A stretch of DNA of 60,408 nucleotides, taken from the IMG/VR virus record IMGVR_UViG_3300006198_000003, positions 1-60,408 of that record. One strand, given 5' to 3'. The notes below the pieces were generated by a model. It did no database searches. It was not told the DNA's origin and worked only from the letters and a program-made list of their open reading frames with translations. The stretch is from a virus. Both the position numbers and the translations under genes were made by a program. This document shows, one piece after another, positions 43,199 to 51,570 of the stretch (position 1 is its first letter; every line of letters begins with the position of its first letter).

Positions 43199-43249
43199 AG
43201 CCGCAAATCCGGGAGTTGTTCAGTAAAATCAAGGGTTTGCGGCTTTTTC
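43199..43249 (+). terminator. terminator following the tRNA fragment
   Basis: AGCCGCAAA / TTTGCGGCT 9-bp stem followed by TTTTC. Confidence 0.55.
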
Positions 43250-43304
43250 TATGTCCGAATTTATAAGCTTAAATTATGCCCGATAAGTGCAATTTATAAT
43301 ATTT

Positions 43305-43323
43305 TTTGTCCAGATTTTGTCCA
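43305..43323 (+). repeat. integrase arm-type site pair (TTTGTCCA x2)
   Basis: TTTGTCCA at 43305-43312 and 43316-43323, next to the integrase stop. Confidence 0.6.
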
Positions 43324-43331
43324 AGCTTGCC

Positions 43332-44327
43332 CTAATTAAAGAGGGCGTTCCGCAGCTTGTCGGCAGCGTCCCTCTTAGCCTTTTCCTCTTTCTCCATCAT
43401 GGAGTGCCGGTATACGGATTTCATCACATGGTCCGTCTCCCAACCGCCCATTTTAAGGATATCCGCCTCCGGTATCCCCATGGCTGACATTTGGCTTGCA
43501 AAGTAATGCCGGAGCTTGTGGAGCGGAAAGCGCGGGATCCCTAGCCTTTCCTCGACTTTCTCTAGGTGCTTTGTTATGCTGCCAGGGTGTCCCTTGTACA
43601 CATACCCCTGCTCACGTATTTGTTCGGACAGTGCTTCAGGTATGATGATGCTCCGAGTACTTTCAGTGGTCTTTGTAGTTTTGACTACCCACTCTTTCTT
43701 TGCGTTTTGCACCATGGCCTTGCTGATATGTGCGATATCCCCGTCAATATCTTCCGGTTGCAGCGCGCATATCTCTGATCGGCGCATTCCATAGCAGGCC
43801 AGAGTAATCGGAACCTCAAACGGTGTGTCCTTTACTTCTGCCAGTATCCTCTTTACATCCTCCTGAGAGGGCGTGTAAGGCTCAGATTTGACCTTTTGAG
43901 GGAGTGTGGTACTGACTTTAAGGTTCGGGCAAAAAGTCCCCAGAACAGCCGTCAAAAAGCCGTGGTAGTTGCGCACGGTCTTTGGGGACTTGCCTTTTGA
44001 TATCTCATTGACCAGCTTGTTGATTTCTATTTGTGTGATATCAGATACCGGGAGTTTCCGGAACCATTCAGGGAAGCGGTTCACATTTTCGAAGTATTCT
44101 TTTATCGTCCTGGGGGACAGGACATTTCTTTTCATGTCCACATAGCTTTCGGCAGCACGCTGGAATGTCATCTGGGTATTTGCATTCCTTATCCGTTCTA
44201 ATTCCTTCGCCATGGCAGTTATGGCCTCTTTCTGCGTGGGCTTATAATCAAAAGTCACGGTATAAATCTGCCCCTTGTACATTTTTCTGACCCGGTAGCT
44301 GTCAGGCCCTCTCTTTTCAATCTTCAT
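43332..44327 (-). CDS. int: tyrosine site-specific integrase
   Basis: ACYGMRRSE...LHKLRHYFASQM...GGWETDHVMKSVYRH gives the R...HxxR...Y catalytic pattern. SAM-like N-terminal domain. Confidence 0.95.
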   Translation of the reverse strand: MKIEKRGPDSYRVRKMYKGQIYTVTFDYKPTQKEAITAMAKELERIRNANTQMTFQRAAESYVDMKRNVLSPRTIKEYFENVNRFPEWFRKLPVSDITQIEINKLVNEISKGKSPKTVRNYHGFLTAVLGTFCPNLKVSTTLPQKVKSEPYTPSQEDVKRILAEVKDTPFEVPITLACYGMRRSEICALQPEDIDGDIAHISKAMVQNAKKEWVVKTTKTTESTRSIIIPEALSEQIREQGYVYKGHPGSITKHLEKVEERLGIPRFPLHKLRHYFASQMSAMGIPEADILKMGGWETDHVMKSVYRHSMMEKEEKAKRDAADKLRNALFN

Positions 44328-44484
44328 AGTATCATCCTCCTTAAAAATTGGTATAAAAATAACAGCTAGCGAAAATTGCTTGCAAGCTGCCTCCGAAGAT
44401 GATACAATATTTTTGGGTTGTAGGTATCATCTTCAGATATCTATGTAAAGCCGTTCGGTGTTGGTAGCACCGGGCGGTTTTTCA

Positions 44485-44934
44485 TTATACATAATAAGGA
44501 TTCGGTTTCATCGCAAGTGTTATAAGGTCAATAATCCACCCAATACCAAATAATCCAAGCGTGAATATGTATAAAATGCCCATACCCACTTTTCCTTCAT
44601 AGAACTTATGTCCGCAAACCGTAAATAGACATAAAAAGAATGATAACCACTTGTTCTTAGGATTTCCATATATGATTGGTGACACGGTTGCATTTGCAGA
44701 AGCTGCAGCCGATGCGCTAGAGGAATTGTTTATAATAATGTTCCTGTCGCTTCCTGCTAAATCAGCCACCTGCTTTCCGCATTTAGGACATACAACACAA
44801 TCTTTGTCAATTGATTCCCCGCAGTGTTTACAAAATTTTTTGCCATCTTTCTTGATTGGTGTCCCGCAATTTGGGCAAGCTTGCGCTTTGTCTGAAATTT
44901 CCTTTCCGCATTCAGGACAACTAATAAGTGCCAT
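44485..44934 (-). CDS. zinc-ribbon + TM2 domain membrane protein
   Basis: CPECGKEI...CPNCG, CKHCG...CPKCG, then KNKWLSFFLCLFTVCGHKFYEGKVGMGILYIFTLGLFGIGWIIDLI (TM2 pattern). Confidence 0.85.
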   Translation of the reverse strand: MALISCPECGKEISDKAQACPNCGTPIKKDGKKFCKHCGESIDKDCVVCPKCGKQVADLAGSDRNIIINNSSSASAAASANATVSPIIYGNPKNKWLSFFLCLFTVCGHKFYEGKVGMGILYIFTLGLFGIGWIIDLITLAMKPNPYYV

Positions 44935-44986
44935 AATTTTCTTCCTCTTTTCTTTGTTTATTTATTAAATCGCCGTAACGGTTTAA

Positions 44987-45745
44987 TCATTCCTCAACTT
45001 TTCCAACTGCTTTCCCAATTAGACGTACATCTTCGTTTCCCGGAATATCGTCATACTTTTTATTTCTGGAAACAAGCCCGTACGCTCCATATTCTTTCAA
45101 GAAACATTCATTATTGATAGTAAATATGCCGACTTCTCCTGGATTTATATGCTCTGTCTTTTTGACATATAATTTTTCTCCATCAGAATAGTCAGGCTCC
45201 ATAGAATCACCGTTTACCCCTATAATGAAGTCTGCGTCTGCATCCGGGGCTTCAATGGTGTCTGTTGGAATATCATCAAATATAAATCCAGTTCCGGCGC
45301 AAGCGATTTTCCCGTAATAAGCCCACAGCCTTAATGGAACAATTTCCTCCGCAACTTCCATATCCATCTTCTTAATCTTTTCCAACTGATCTTTTTGCTC
45401 CCTCAACTTCTCCGCAATAGCATACTCCCTATCCAGTACCGTATCAACCACGACTGCCCCGTCCGGGGAATATTCTGCAATAAGCCTATATTTTTTTATG
45501 ATATTTTCAAATTCTTCTGGGCTTGCTTCATTTTCATATAGTTCTCTTGTTTCGTCTTGAAATAAGTAATTTGCATCACAATGAAGAATATCAAATAAAT
45601 CATATAAAAGAGTTGCTCTAGGAGAATTAACATCTGTTTCCCAGTTTCCTATTGCTCCTTTGCTTACATTTAGCATTTCAGCAAGTTGTGGCTGAGTGAT
45701 TCCAAGAGCTTCCCTTTTTTCTTTTAGTCTTGTTCCAAAACTCAT
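44987..45745 (-). CDS. CI-like repressor (XRE HTH + S24 LexA-type peptidase)
   Basis: FGTRLKEKREALGITQPQLAEMLNVSKGAIGNWE (HTH). GVNGDSMEPDYSDGEKLYVKK...LIGKAVG (Ser/Lys S24 domain). RBS AGGAGGTG. Confidence 0.9.
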   Translation of the reverse strand: MSFGTRLKEKREALGITQPQLAEMLNVSKGAIGNWETDVNSPRATLLYDLFDILHCDANYLFQDETRELYENEASPEEFENIIKKYRLIAEYSPDGAVVVDTVLDREYAIAEKLREQKDQLEKIKKMDMEVAEEIVPLRLWAYYGKIACAGTGFIFDDIPTDTIEAPDADADFIIGVNGDSMEPDYSDGEKLYVKKTEHINPGEVGIFTINNECFLKEYGAYGLVSRNKKYDDIPGNEDVRLIGKAVGKVEE

Positions 45746-45767
45746 TTTACACCTCCTCTGTATAAGA

Positions 45768-45796
45768 ATAATACTATAAAAATCTGAGAACGTCAA
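45768..45796 (-). promoter_or_regulatory. repressor promoter (minus strand)
   Basis: Reverse complement reads TTGACG (45791-45796), 17-nt spacer, TATTAT (45768-45773). A CTGAGAA half-site lies inside the spacer. Confidence 0.6.
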
Positions 45797-45883
45797 TATA
45801 AAAAAACAAAAAAACTGAGAAAAGTTGTTGACTTCTCAGAAATACTATGATATATTAAATGCAAATCTCAGAGTAACTGAGAA
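45784..45883. promoter_or_regulatory. operator half-sites CTGAGAA/TTCTCAG of the CI-Cro switch
   Basis: CTGAGAA at 45784, 45815 and 45877; TTCTCAG at 45833; TCTCAGA at 45866. Inverted pairs at 45815-45839 and 45866-45883. Confidence 0.65.
45828..45856 (+). promoter_or_regulatory. early rightward promoter
   Basis: TTGACT 45828-45833, 17-nt spacer, TATATT 45851-45856. Confidence 0.65.
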
Positions 45884-45902
45884 ACGAAAGGAGGAAACCA
45901 TA

Positions 45903-46136
45903 TTGACTATAGCAGAAGCGAATGAACCAATTGCAACTGGTATTAAAGTTATGATAGCGAAAACAGGGCTTAAAAACCTTCATGTGGCTAAAAAGGCTGG
46001 GTTCACTCCGCAGGAATTAAGCGATATGTTTAATGGTCGCAGATTGATAAAGGCTTGCGACATCCCTAAATTCGCTCATGTTCTGGGAGTTAAAACAGAT
46101 GATATTTATGCCGCAGGCAGAAAGGAGGAAAGTTGA
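45903..46136 (+). CDS. Cro-like XRE-family HTH protein
   Basis: TTG start 7 nt after AGGAGGA; GIKVMIAKTGLKNLHVAKKAGFTPQELSDMFNGRR HTH; divergent from the repressor. Confidence 0.7.
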   Translation: MTIAEANEPIATGIKVMIAKTGLKNLHVAKKAGFTPQELSDMFNGRRLIKACDIPKFAHVLGVKTDDIYAAGRKEES

Positions 46137-46178
46137 GTTGAAAATAGGCGGTGAAGTAGGAGGGGGGGGTGAGGGAAA

Positions 46179-46331
46179 GTGAAACCAGATGAAGTTCTGA
46201 CTAAGGCTGACGAACACAACATTGCAAAAGACATAGTAAATGTACTTCTGCAAAAGAAGTGTTCATACAGCCAAGCCAAAAGAATTTTGAAAGATGCTAA
46301 AAAGGAAATGGCAGAAACACCTATTGAATAG
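46179..46331 (+). CDS. small hypothetical protein (50 aa)
   Basis: GTG start after a G-rich RBS containing a G8 tract. Confidence 0.3.
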   Translation: MKPDEVLTKADEHNIAKDIVNVLLQKKCSYSQAKRILKDAKKEMAETPIE

Positions 46332-46542
46332 TAAAGGTAAAGTGCTTCATTTTATTTCTGTCCATTTCGGCTTCACCATATTCTTTCAATGCGGCGGCAA
46401 CCGCTTTGATATGGCAGAATGAGGTTTCTGGCAGTATATTTGAACAGTTTGGACATACAATGTTTTCTTTTTGAAGCATGTACTTAAATTGTACATTGAA
46501 CTGTTCTTGGCAACGTTGGCAAGTGAAATTAAATGTAAACAT
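46321..46542 (-). CDS. small zinc-finger protein
   Basis: FTCQRCQEQF...VCPNCSN; 73 aa on the minus strand. Confidence 0.5.
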   Translation of the reverse strand: MFTFNFTCQRCQEQFNVQFKYMLQKENIVCPNCSNILPETSFCHIKAVAAALKEYGEAEMDRNKMKHFTFTIQ

Positions 46543-46682
46543 AGCATATCTCCTTTCTTTAGTACTCGGCTCTGGCAGGAGCCTGTAAAGAGATTATACC
46601 ATGCAGAAAGGGGAATTGGAAGGACATCAAGAAAATGTGGCAGTGTAGAAAGGAGGTGAGGAAGGTGGAAGGAAAAGAAAAA

Positions 46683-46937
46683 ATGATAGAGATTTACAAC
46701 GTTATGGCAGATATGACGCTGGAAGCACTTAAATTTTTGAATGAATCCAAAGAGAAAAAAAAGAACTATTGCGTGTTTCCAGATGAAGATGTGCTGGAAA
46801 TGGTTCGCACGACACAATCTCTGTATGAAACTATAAATCATGCTAACCAGCCAGTAATCCCTACCGCATCATGGCGCGATGTCTCGGACGATCTGAAAAA
46901 TGATTGCAAGTATACCGACCGTCCAGACGCTATGTGA
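46683..46937 (+). CDS. hypothetical protein
   Basis: ATG at 46683 after AAGGTGGAAGGAAAAG. Confidence 0.45.
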   Translation: MIEIYNVMADMTLEALKFLNESKEKKKNYCVFPDEDVLEMVRTTQSLYETINHANQPVIPTASWRDVSDDLKNDCKYTDRPDAM

Positions 46938-47202
46938 AAATTTGCTTGACATTATCCCAGTCCGTTTCAATAAGGCGCCCATTGTAATTATCGGCGACTT
47001 CTATGACAAGCAATGTATCGTTCCCATCAAGATACTGGGAGATACGGTCATTTATCTGTTTTGAAGTCATGTTCGACTTAATCAGATAAGAAGACTTCCA
47101 TGCTGAATACCATGTGACAGAACATTCTTTTATAGTTTTTATTACACTTTCATAATTCTGCCCTTGAGCATTAAGGTCATAGGTAATTAAGTAAGCAGAC
47201 AC
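46930..47202 (-). CDS. hypothetical small alpha/beta protein
   Basis: GTG start after RBS AAAGGAGA; VSAYLITYDLNAQGQNYESVIKTIKE. The longer 134-aa ORF has no RBS. Confidence 0.45.
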   Translation of the reverse strand: MSAYLITYDLNAQGQNYESVIKTIKECSVTWYSAWKSSYLIKSNMTSKQINDRISQYLDGNDTLLVIEVADNYNGRLIETDWDNVKQIFT

Positions 47203-47402
47203 AGCGTTTTCTCCTTTCTTCTGTATTCCAGATGGCAGTCTGGTACTTACAGTATAGGAGATAAGCACACAAAAAGCAATAAAAAGCCCCGCCAGTGCAC
47301 CACCACCGACAGGGCAACGTAACCAATAAACCACACTTACTGGCTACAGGATAGATTATACCAGATTCTTCCTGTACCGGCAAGAGAACAGGAGGAAAAT
47401 TT

Positions 47403-47564
47403 ATGGATGAAATCATTTTGCGGTCTGGGAAGAAAGACCGGGAGCCGATGACGGACGCGCGGCTCCACATGCTGCTGAACTATGCAGTTGAAATTATCGC
47501 AGAGATTTTGGGCTTTGCATTGGCATTTGTGATTGTGCTGTGCATGGCCGGGGTTTTGAGGTAG
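47403..47564 (+). CDS. small membrane protein (53 aa)
   Basis: Strong RBS AGGAGGA; C-terminal TM ILGFALAFVIVLCMAGVL. Confidence 0.55.
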   Translation: MDEIILRSGKKDREPMTDARLHMLLNYAVEIIAEILGFALAFVIVLCMAGVLR

Positions 47565-47585
47565 GGAGAGAAAAAGTAGCTGATC

Positions 47586-47780
47586 ATGGCGGATAAATAC
47601 GAAATAAGAAAATCAAGCAAAACTGAACCTAGTATTTTAAGCACTGTGGCACGTTCTGATACATGGGAATGGGCGAAAAAGATTGCGGACGCTTTAAACA
47701 TCTGTGAGGATTCAAAATTCTCTGTTTTTGTTGGAGAAAAAGAAATAGTTTCTCTTGAAGATGCTATGAGAATCAAATAA
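47586..47780 (+). CDS. hypothetical protein
   Basis: 64-aa ORF in the early operon. Confidence 0.5.
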   Translation: MADKYEIRKSSKTEPSILSTVARSDTWEWAKKIADALNICEDSKFSVFVGEKEIVSLEDAMRIK

Positions 47781-47807
47781 TACGCACCAATGTTAGAGGG
47801 GGGAGAA

Positions 47808-48050
47808 ATGGAAGATGTAATAAGAACGCTTTATCCTGATGACTGGTCATACAAAAATAATTATATCGTATCATGCACAAATGGAGATTTTCCGTATGAA
47901 AAAAAGCATGATGCCGTTACAGCATTTTGCATGCTGTTGAAAAATCATGGAATAATTATTGACCCAAATGAGATCGAAACAGCCATTGAGTTGTGCGGGA
48001 ACTATGTAATAAGGCATGAAGTGCATCCAATGGGAATTTACAAGCTGTGA
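47808..48050 (+). CDS. hypothetical protein
   Basis: ATG at 47808 after GGGGGGAGAA. Confidence 0.5.
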   Translation: MEDVIRTLYPDDWSYKNNYIVSCTNGDFPYEKKHDAVTAFCMLLKNHGIIIDPNEIETAIELCGNYVIRHEVHPMGIYKL

Positions 48051-48068
48051 TGACGGGAGGTGATACGG

Positions 48069-48344
48069 ATGCCGAGAGTGGCATTGAGTCCAGAACAACG
48101 GAAGAGGCACAAGATCAAGGACTTGACAGAATGGATTAACGGGCGGATGCGCAGCAAGGGCCTGGCGCAGGCGGACATAGCAAAGGCTCTGAATATTTCT
48201 CAGGAGGCAGTTTCTATCCGCCTGAATCCAAAGACCTATGAAAGGAACATACGGGCGGATCCCTTCAGGTACGGGGACTTGCTAATAATCTTTAAATTAT
48301 TGGAAGCCACACCGGAAGAGAAGGAACGACTGCTAACACTGTAA
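48069..48344 (+). CDS. HTH DNA-binding protein
   Basis: RMRSKGLAQADIAKALNISQEAVSIRLN helix-turn-helix. Confidence 0.55.
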   Translation: MPRVALSPEQRKRHKIKDLTEWINGRMRSKGLAQADIAKALNISQEAVSIRLNPKTYERNIRADPFRYGDLLIIFKLLEATPEEKERLLTL

Positions 48345-48361
48345 GAGAGGAGAAAAACGGG

Positions 48362-48499
48362 ATGAATTTGGATGTTGTGACAATCCAGGACTGCATTGAT
48401 ATGTATGATCTGAAAGAATATAGCACTACGCTCAATGACGGAAAAGTCATTGGATTTAAGGCAGAAAAAATCCCTACGGCTGACCGCGAACCAGCATAG
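48362..48499 (+). CDS. small hypothetical protein (45 aa)
   Basis: RBS GAGAGGAGAAAAACGGG; compact spacing. Confidence 0.35.
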   Translation: MNLDVVTIQDCIDMYDLKEYSTTLNDGKVIGFKAEKIPTADREPA

Positions 48500-48560
48500 G
48501 GATTGGGCACGGAACGAATATTTATGCATCTATTATAAGGGATGCTGAAAGGACAGTCAA

Positions 48561-48737
48561 GTGGATTTTGTTTATTGCAGTTGTGATCAGTGTGCATACA
48601 ACCGGGACAGGATGTGCGGAAAGGAGTTTATATCCATATCATGGACAACCACCAATGAATTCCGGCGCGGGGAAAGGGTGAGCTATCCGGTGTGCGCAGA
48701 CTATAAGGAGATTGACGAAGATGATGGCGCAGATTGA
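48561..48737 (+). CDS. small Cys-rich protein (DUF1540-like)
   Basis: VDFVYCSCDQCAYNRDRMCGKEFISI...YPVCADYKE. Confidence 0.35.
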   Translation: MDFVYCSCDQCAYNRDRMCGKEFISISWTTTNEFRRGERVSYPVCADYKEIDEDDGAD

Positions 48738-48876
48738 AGTGGAAAATTCCATGGTAGTTGATTGGTGGTGGGACGAGCAGGAATACCGGGTACCCAGCCG
48801 GGCCCGGATGAAGAGGGAAAGACAGGCTTATGAAGCGGCGGAAAGAGAGGACAGGGAAGTTGAAGACAGGAGATAA
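48721..48876 (+). CDS. small hypothetical protein (51 aa)
   Basis: MMAQIEVENSMVVDWWWDEQEY...; overlaps neighbours. Confidence 0.3.
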   Translation: MMAQIEVENSMVVDWWWDEQEYRVPSRARMKRERQAYEAAEREDREVEDRR

Positions 48877-49120
48877 GGTGACATGGGACAGCCAGTCCGG
48901 CGGGACATGGACAGAAAAGACTGGGACGGTCATCAGGGAAGTCCCATCTGGAGAGTCGGCAAAACAGTATGTGCCAGATGGGATAAAGAAATCCCACGTC
49001 AAATTTGACAATGTGAGCAAGAATGATAGGGTGCTTGTGGCCGTTCCAGCAGGCAAGGATGGGAAGATTACCCATTACTACTGTCCGAGGAAAAGCGTGC
49101 TGACTGTAAAGAAGGATTAG
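48830..49120 (+). CDS. hypothetical protein (Tudor/SH3-like, DUF2945-like)
   Basis: KTGDKVTWDSQSGGTWTEKTGTVIREV. The start is uncertain (alternative GTG at 48878). Confidence 0.45.
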   Translation: MKRRKERTGKLKTGDKVTWDSQSGGTWTEKTGTVIREVPSGESAKQYVPDGIKKSHVKFDNVSKNDRVLVAVPAGKDGKITHYYCPRKSVLTVKKD

Positions 49121-49126
49121 GAAATT

Positions 49127-49288
49127 ATGAACACATTATATGAAATCACAGGAGATTACCTCCGCTTGTTGGAAACATCTGTCAGAGTTAGTGTTTTTGC
49201 TGATTTTGTAAATGGTAGCAAATACAGCATTGACCGGGAGGACTGCGGACGGTTCTTAGGGTTTGAGGTGGTGGAACATGAAGAATGA
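49127..49288 (+). CDS. short protein with siphovirus Gp157-like N-terminus
   Basis: MNTLYEITGDYLRLLE resembles the Gp157 family start, but the ORF is only 53 aa. Confidence 0.35.
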   Translation: MNTLYEITGDYLRLLETSVRVSVFADFVNGSKYSIDREDCGRFLGFEVVEHEE

Positions 49289-49685
49289 ATTAAATAGCCT
49301 TGCGGATTCCATAGCAAAGTGGTTGATAGAGGAGGGCTTCACTGTCCAGAGGTACAACGCATACACCACAAACAGTATATATCTCAAACTGGATTATGGT
49401 GTATGCAACTCCATAAGAATAAGCGACCACCCGGGAAAAAAGTATCTGAAATATCGGTACAATATCGGCTCATTTGTAAAAGAATATCGCAAGGAAAAGG
49501 ATAAGTTTGACAGATTTTATTATCGGGCAGATAAATCTAAAAACATGATTAAAAAGATTATAGAGGACAGAGAAGCAAAGAAATCAAGGTATGGCGAGGA
49601 TGGATATAGTAGGCTCATGCAGAAAAGCAAAAGTGAGAACGCTGGCACTCTCGGATTTTGGAGCAAAGCTGTCCTGCTGAATTAG
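49278..49685 (+). CDS. hypothetical basic protein
   Basis: 135-aa ORF; MKNELNSLADSIAKWLIEEGF. Confidence 0.5.
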   Translation: MKNELNSLADSIAKWLIEEGFTVQRYNAYTTNSIYLKLDYGVCNSIRISDHPGKKYLKYRYNIGSFVKEYRKEKDKFDRFYYRADKSKNMIKKIIEDREAKKSRYGEDGYSRLMQKSKSENAGTLGFWSKAVLLN

Positions 49686-49695
49686 GAGATTGGAT

Positions 49696-49863
49696 ATGGA
49701 AACTTTACCATTAGACTGTGACTGTGGATGCACAGAAACAGAGGAATGAAATATTGAAAAAGAAGATATTGCAGGAACATATACCCCGGTTGAATGGAGT
49801 TTGTATTGTAAGGGATGCGGGCGGTATTCAGGACATTTCGCCTATGGGCATTGGAAATATTAG
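49696..49863 (+). pseudogene. small Cys-rich ORF interrupted by one in-frame TGA (49747-49749)
   Basis: METLPLDCDCGCTETEE-TGA-NIEKEDIAGTYTPVEWSLYCKGCGRYSGHFAYGHWKY*; RBS AGGAGA. Confidence 0.4.
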
Positions 49864-49885
49864 GAGATTGGAGGATTAGGGAAAT

Positions 49886-50917
49886 ATGGAAGAAGTGACA
49901 GCGGTAATCACGCAGGAGAGCGCGAAGATATCATGCAACTTTGAGCAGGTGGAGAAAGCGCTGCATGACAGGCTCTCAGAGTACGAGGGAGCAGTATTTA
50001 CGGAAGACAGCACGACGATAGCAAAGAAACATGTTGCAAGCCTGAGGGCGCAGAAGAAGACCTTCCAGGACAATCTTCGGGACGAGAAGAAGAGGTATAT
50101 GCAGCCCTGGGACGAGTTTGAAGCGCAGGCGAAGCGTCTGATAGCCATGTATGATGAGCCTATCAACCTCATCAATGGCCAGGTGCAGGCATTCGAGGAA
50201 AACCGCATTGCAAAGAAGAGGGAGCTTATATCCCAGATATATGAAGAACTGGTTCCAGAAGACTTGTCAGAATACATCCCTTTGAAGCGCATCTATAACC
50301 AGAAGTGGGAGAATGCCACCACGAAAGAGAAAGACATCCGGAACGAGATATCCAGTGCAGCGGAGAAAGTCCAGAAGGACATTGCCACAATCAGTGCCAT
50401 GGAGTCGGCATCAGAATCAAATGCTTTGCTGATATATCGCACGAACCTTGACCTTACAGAAGCCGTATCGCATATAAACGCTTATGAAAGGCAGAAGCAG
50501 GAAATCCTTGCCAGGGAACAGGAACGCATCCGCCGGGAGGAAGAGGAGCGCGTCCGCCAGGAAGAGCGGGAGAGGATGCTGGCGGAGCAGCGGGCCAGGG
50601 AAGAAAAGGAGGCGGCCATCCGCCAGGCAGAGATGGAGAAACAGGAAGCCTTGCGGCGGGCGGAAGAGGAAAAAGCGGAAGCCCTGCGGCAGGCGGAACT
50701 GGCGCGCCAGGAAGAAGCCAGGAGGGCAGAGGAGGAAAAGGCGGCAGCTGTAGAGCGGGCGAAGGAAGAAGCGGCACAGGAAGTGATAAACAGCCTGATC
50801 CCGGACGATGGGGATGAAACGGAGCTGTACGAGTACAGGATATCGCTTTCCGCAGATGCCAAGGAGAAGCTGGAAATGTACATGGACAGCGTAGGAATCG
50901 AATGGGAGATGATGTGA
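49886..50917 (+). CDS. DUF1351 domain protein
   Basis: N-terminal pattern ISCNFEQVEKALHDRLSEYEG...DSTTIAKKHVASLRAQKK; E/R/A-rich coiled coil; upstream of ERF as usual for this family. Confidence 0.7.
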   Translation: MEEVTAVITQESAKISCNFEQVEKALHDRLSEYEGAVFTEDSTTIAKKHVASLRAQKKTFQDNLRDEKKRYMQPWDEFEAQAKRLIAMYDEPINLINGQVQAFEENRIAKKRELISQIYEELVPEDLSEYIPLKRIYNQKWENATTKEKDIRNEISSAAEKVQKDIATISAMESASESNALLIYRTNLDLTEAVSHINAYERQKQEILAREQERIRREEEERVRQEERERMLAEQRAREEKEAAIRQAEMEKQEALRRAEEEKAEALRQAELARQEEARRAEEEKAAAVERAKEEAAQEVINSLIPDDGDETELYEYRISLSADAKEKLEMYMDSVGIEWEMM

Positions 50918-50937
50918 TGGGAGAATCTGGGAGAAAT

Positions 50938-51570
50938 ATGATTTATTCCGCAATCTGCGGAATCATGGAAGATATCGGAGTAGTTGGGAAGAACGACACG
51001 AATAAGCAACAAGGATTCAAATACCGCGGAATCGATTCGGTTATGAATGCCCTGAATCCTGCAATGATAAAGCATAAGATATTCTGTGTCCCGGAAGTCC
51101 TTGAACAGACCAGGGAGGAAAGGACGACTGCGAAAGGCGCCACCCTAATCTATTCTGTCTGCAAGATGCGATATAGGTTCTATGCCACTGACGGCTCCAG
51201 TGTCGATGCCGTGGTGGTCGGAGAGGGCATGGACAGCGGGGACAAGGCCACCAACAAGGCCATGTCCGTGGCGTTCAAGTATGCTTGTTTCCAGACTTTT
51301 TGTATACCTACAGAAGACTTGATGGATGACCCTGACGCTGATTCCCATGAAAACACTAAAAAGGTGGACAAAGGGACTTCGCAGCCAAATATTGATGATG
51401 AACGCAATAGACTGCTGGAAGAACTAAAAGGAGAGCTTGTCAGGACAGGATATGGATGGGGGGCCGTGACAAAGACCTATAAAGTTGACAGTATTGACAA
51501 TTTGACAAAGCTGCAGATTAAGGACTGCATCGCCAAAATGAAGAAGCAGCCAGATAAGGCGGCATCCTGA
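50938..51570 (+). CDS. ERF-family single-strand annealing protein
   Basis: IGVVGKNDTNKQQGFKYRGIDSVMNALNPAM...DSGDKATNKAMSVAFKYACFQTFCIPT. Confidence 0.85.
   Translation: MIYSAICGIMEDIGVVGKNDTNKQQGFKYRGIDSVMNALNPAMIKHKIFCVPEVLEQTREERTTAKGATLIYSVCKMRYRFYATDGSSVDAVVVGEGMDSGDKATNKAMSVAFKYACFQTFCIPTEDLMDDPDADSHENTKKVDKGTSQPNIDDERNRLLEELKGELVRTGYGWGAVTKTYKVDSIDNLTKLQIKDCIAKMKKQPDKAAS

Noticed and set aside
50500-50770. Repetitive-looking GAA/GAG/CGG-rich DNA
   Set aside because: It encodes the E/R/A-rich coiled-coil of the DUF1351 protein. It is low-complexity coding sequence with no discrete DNA repeat unit.
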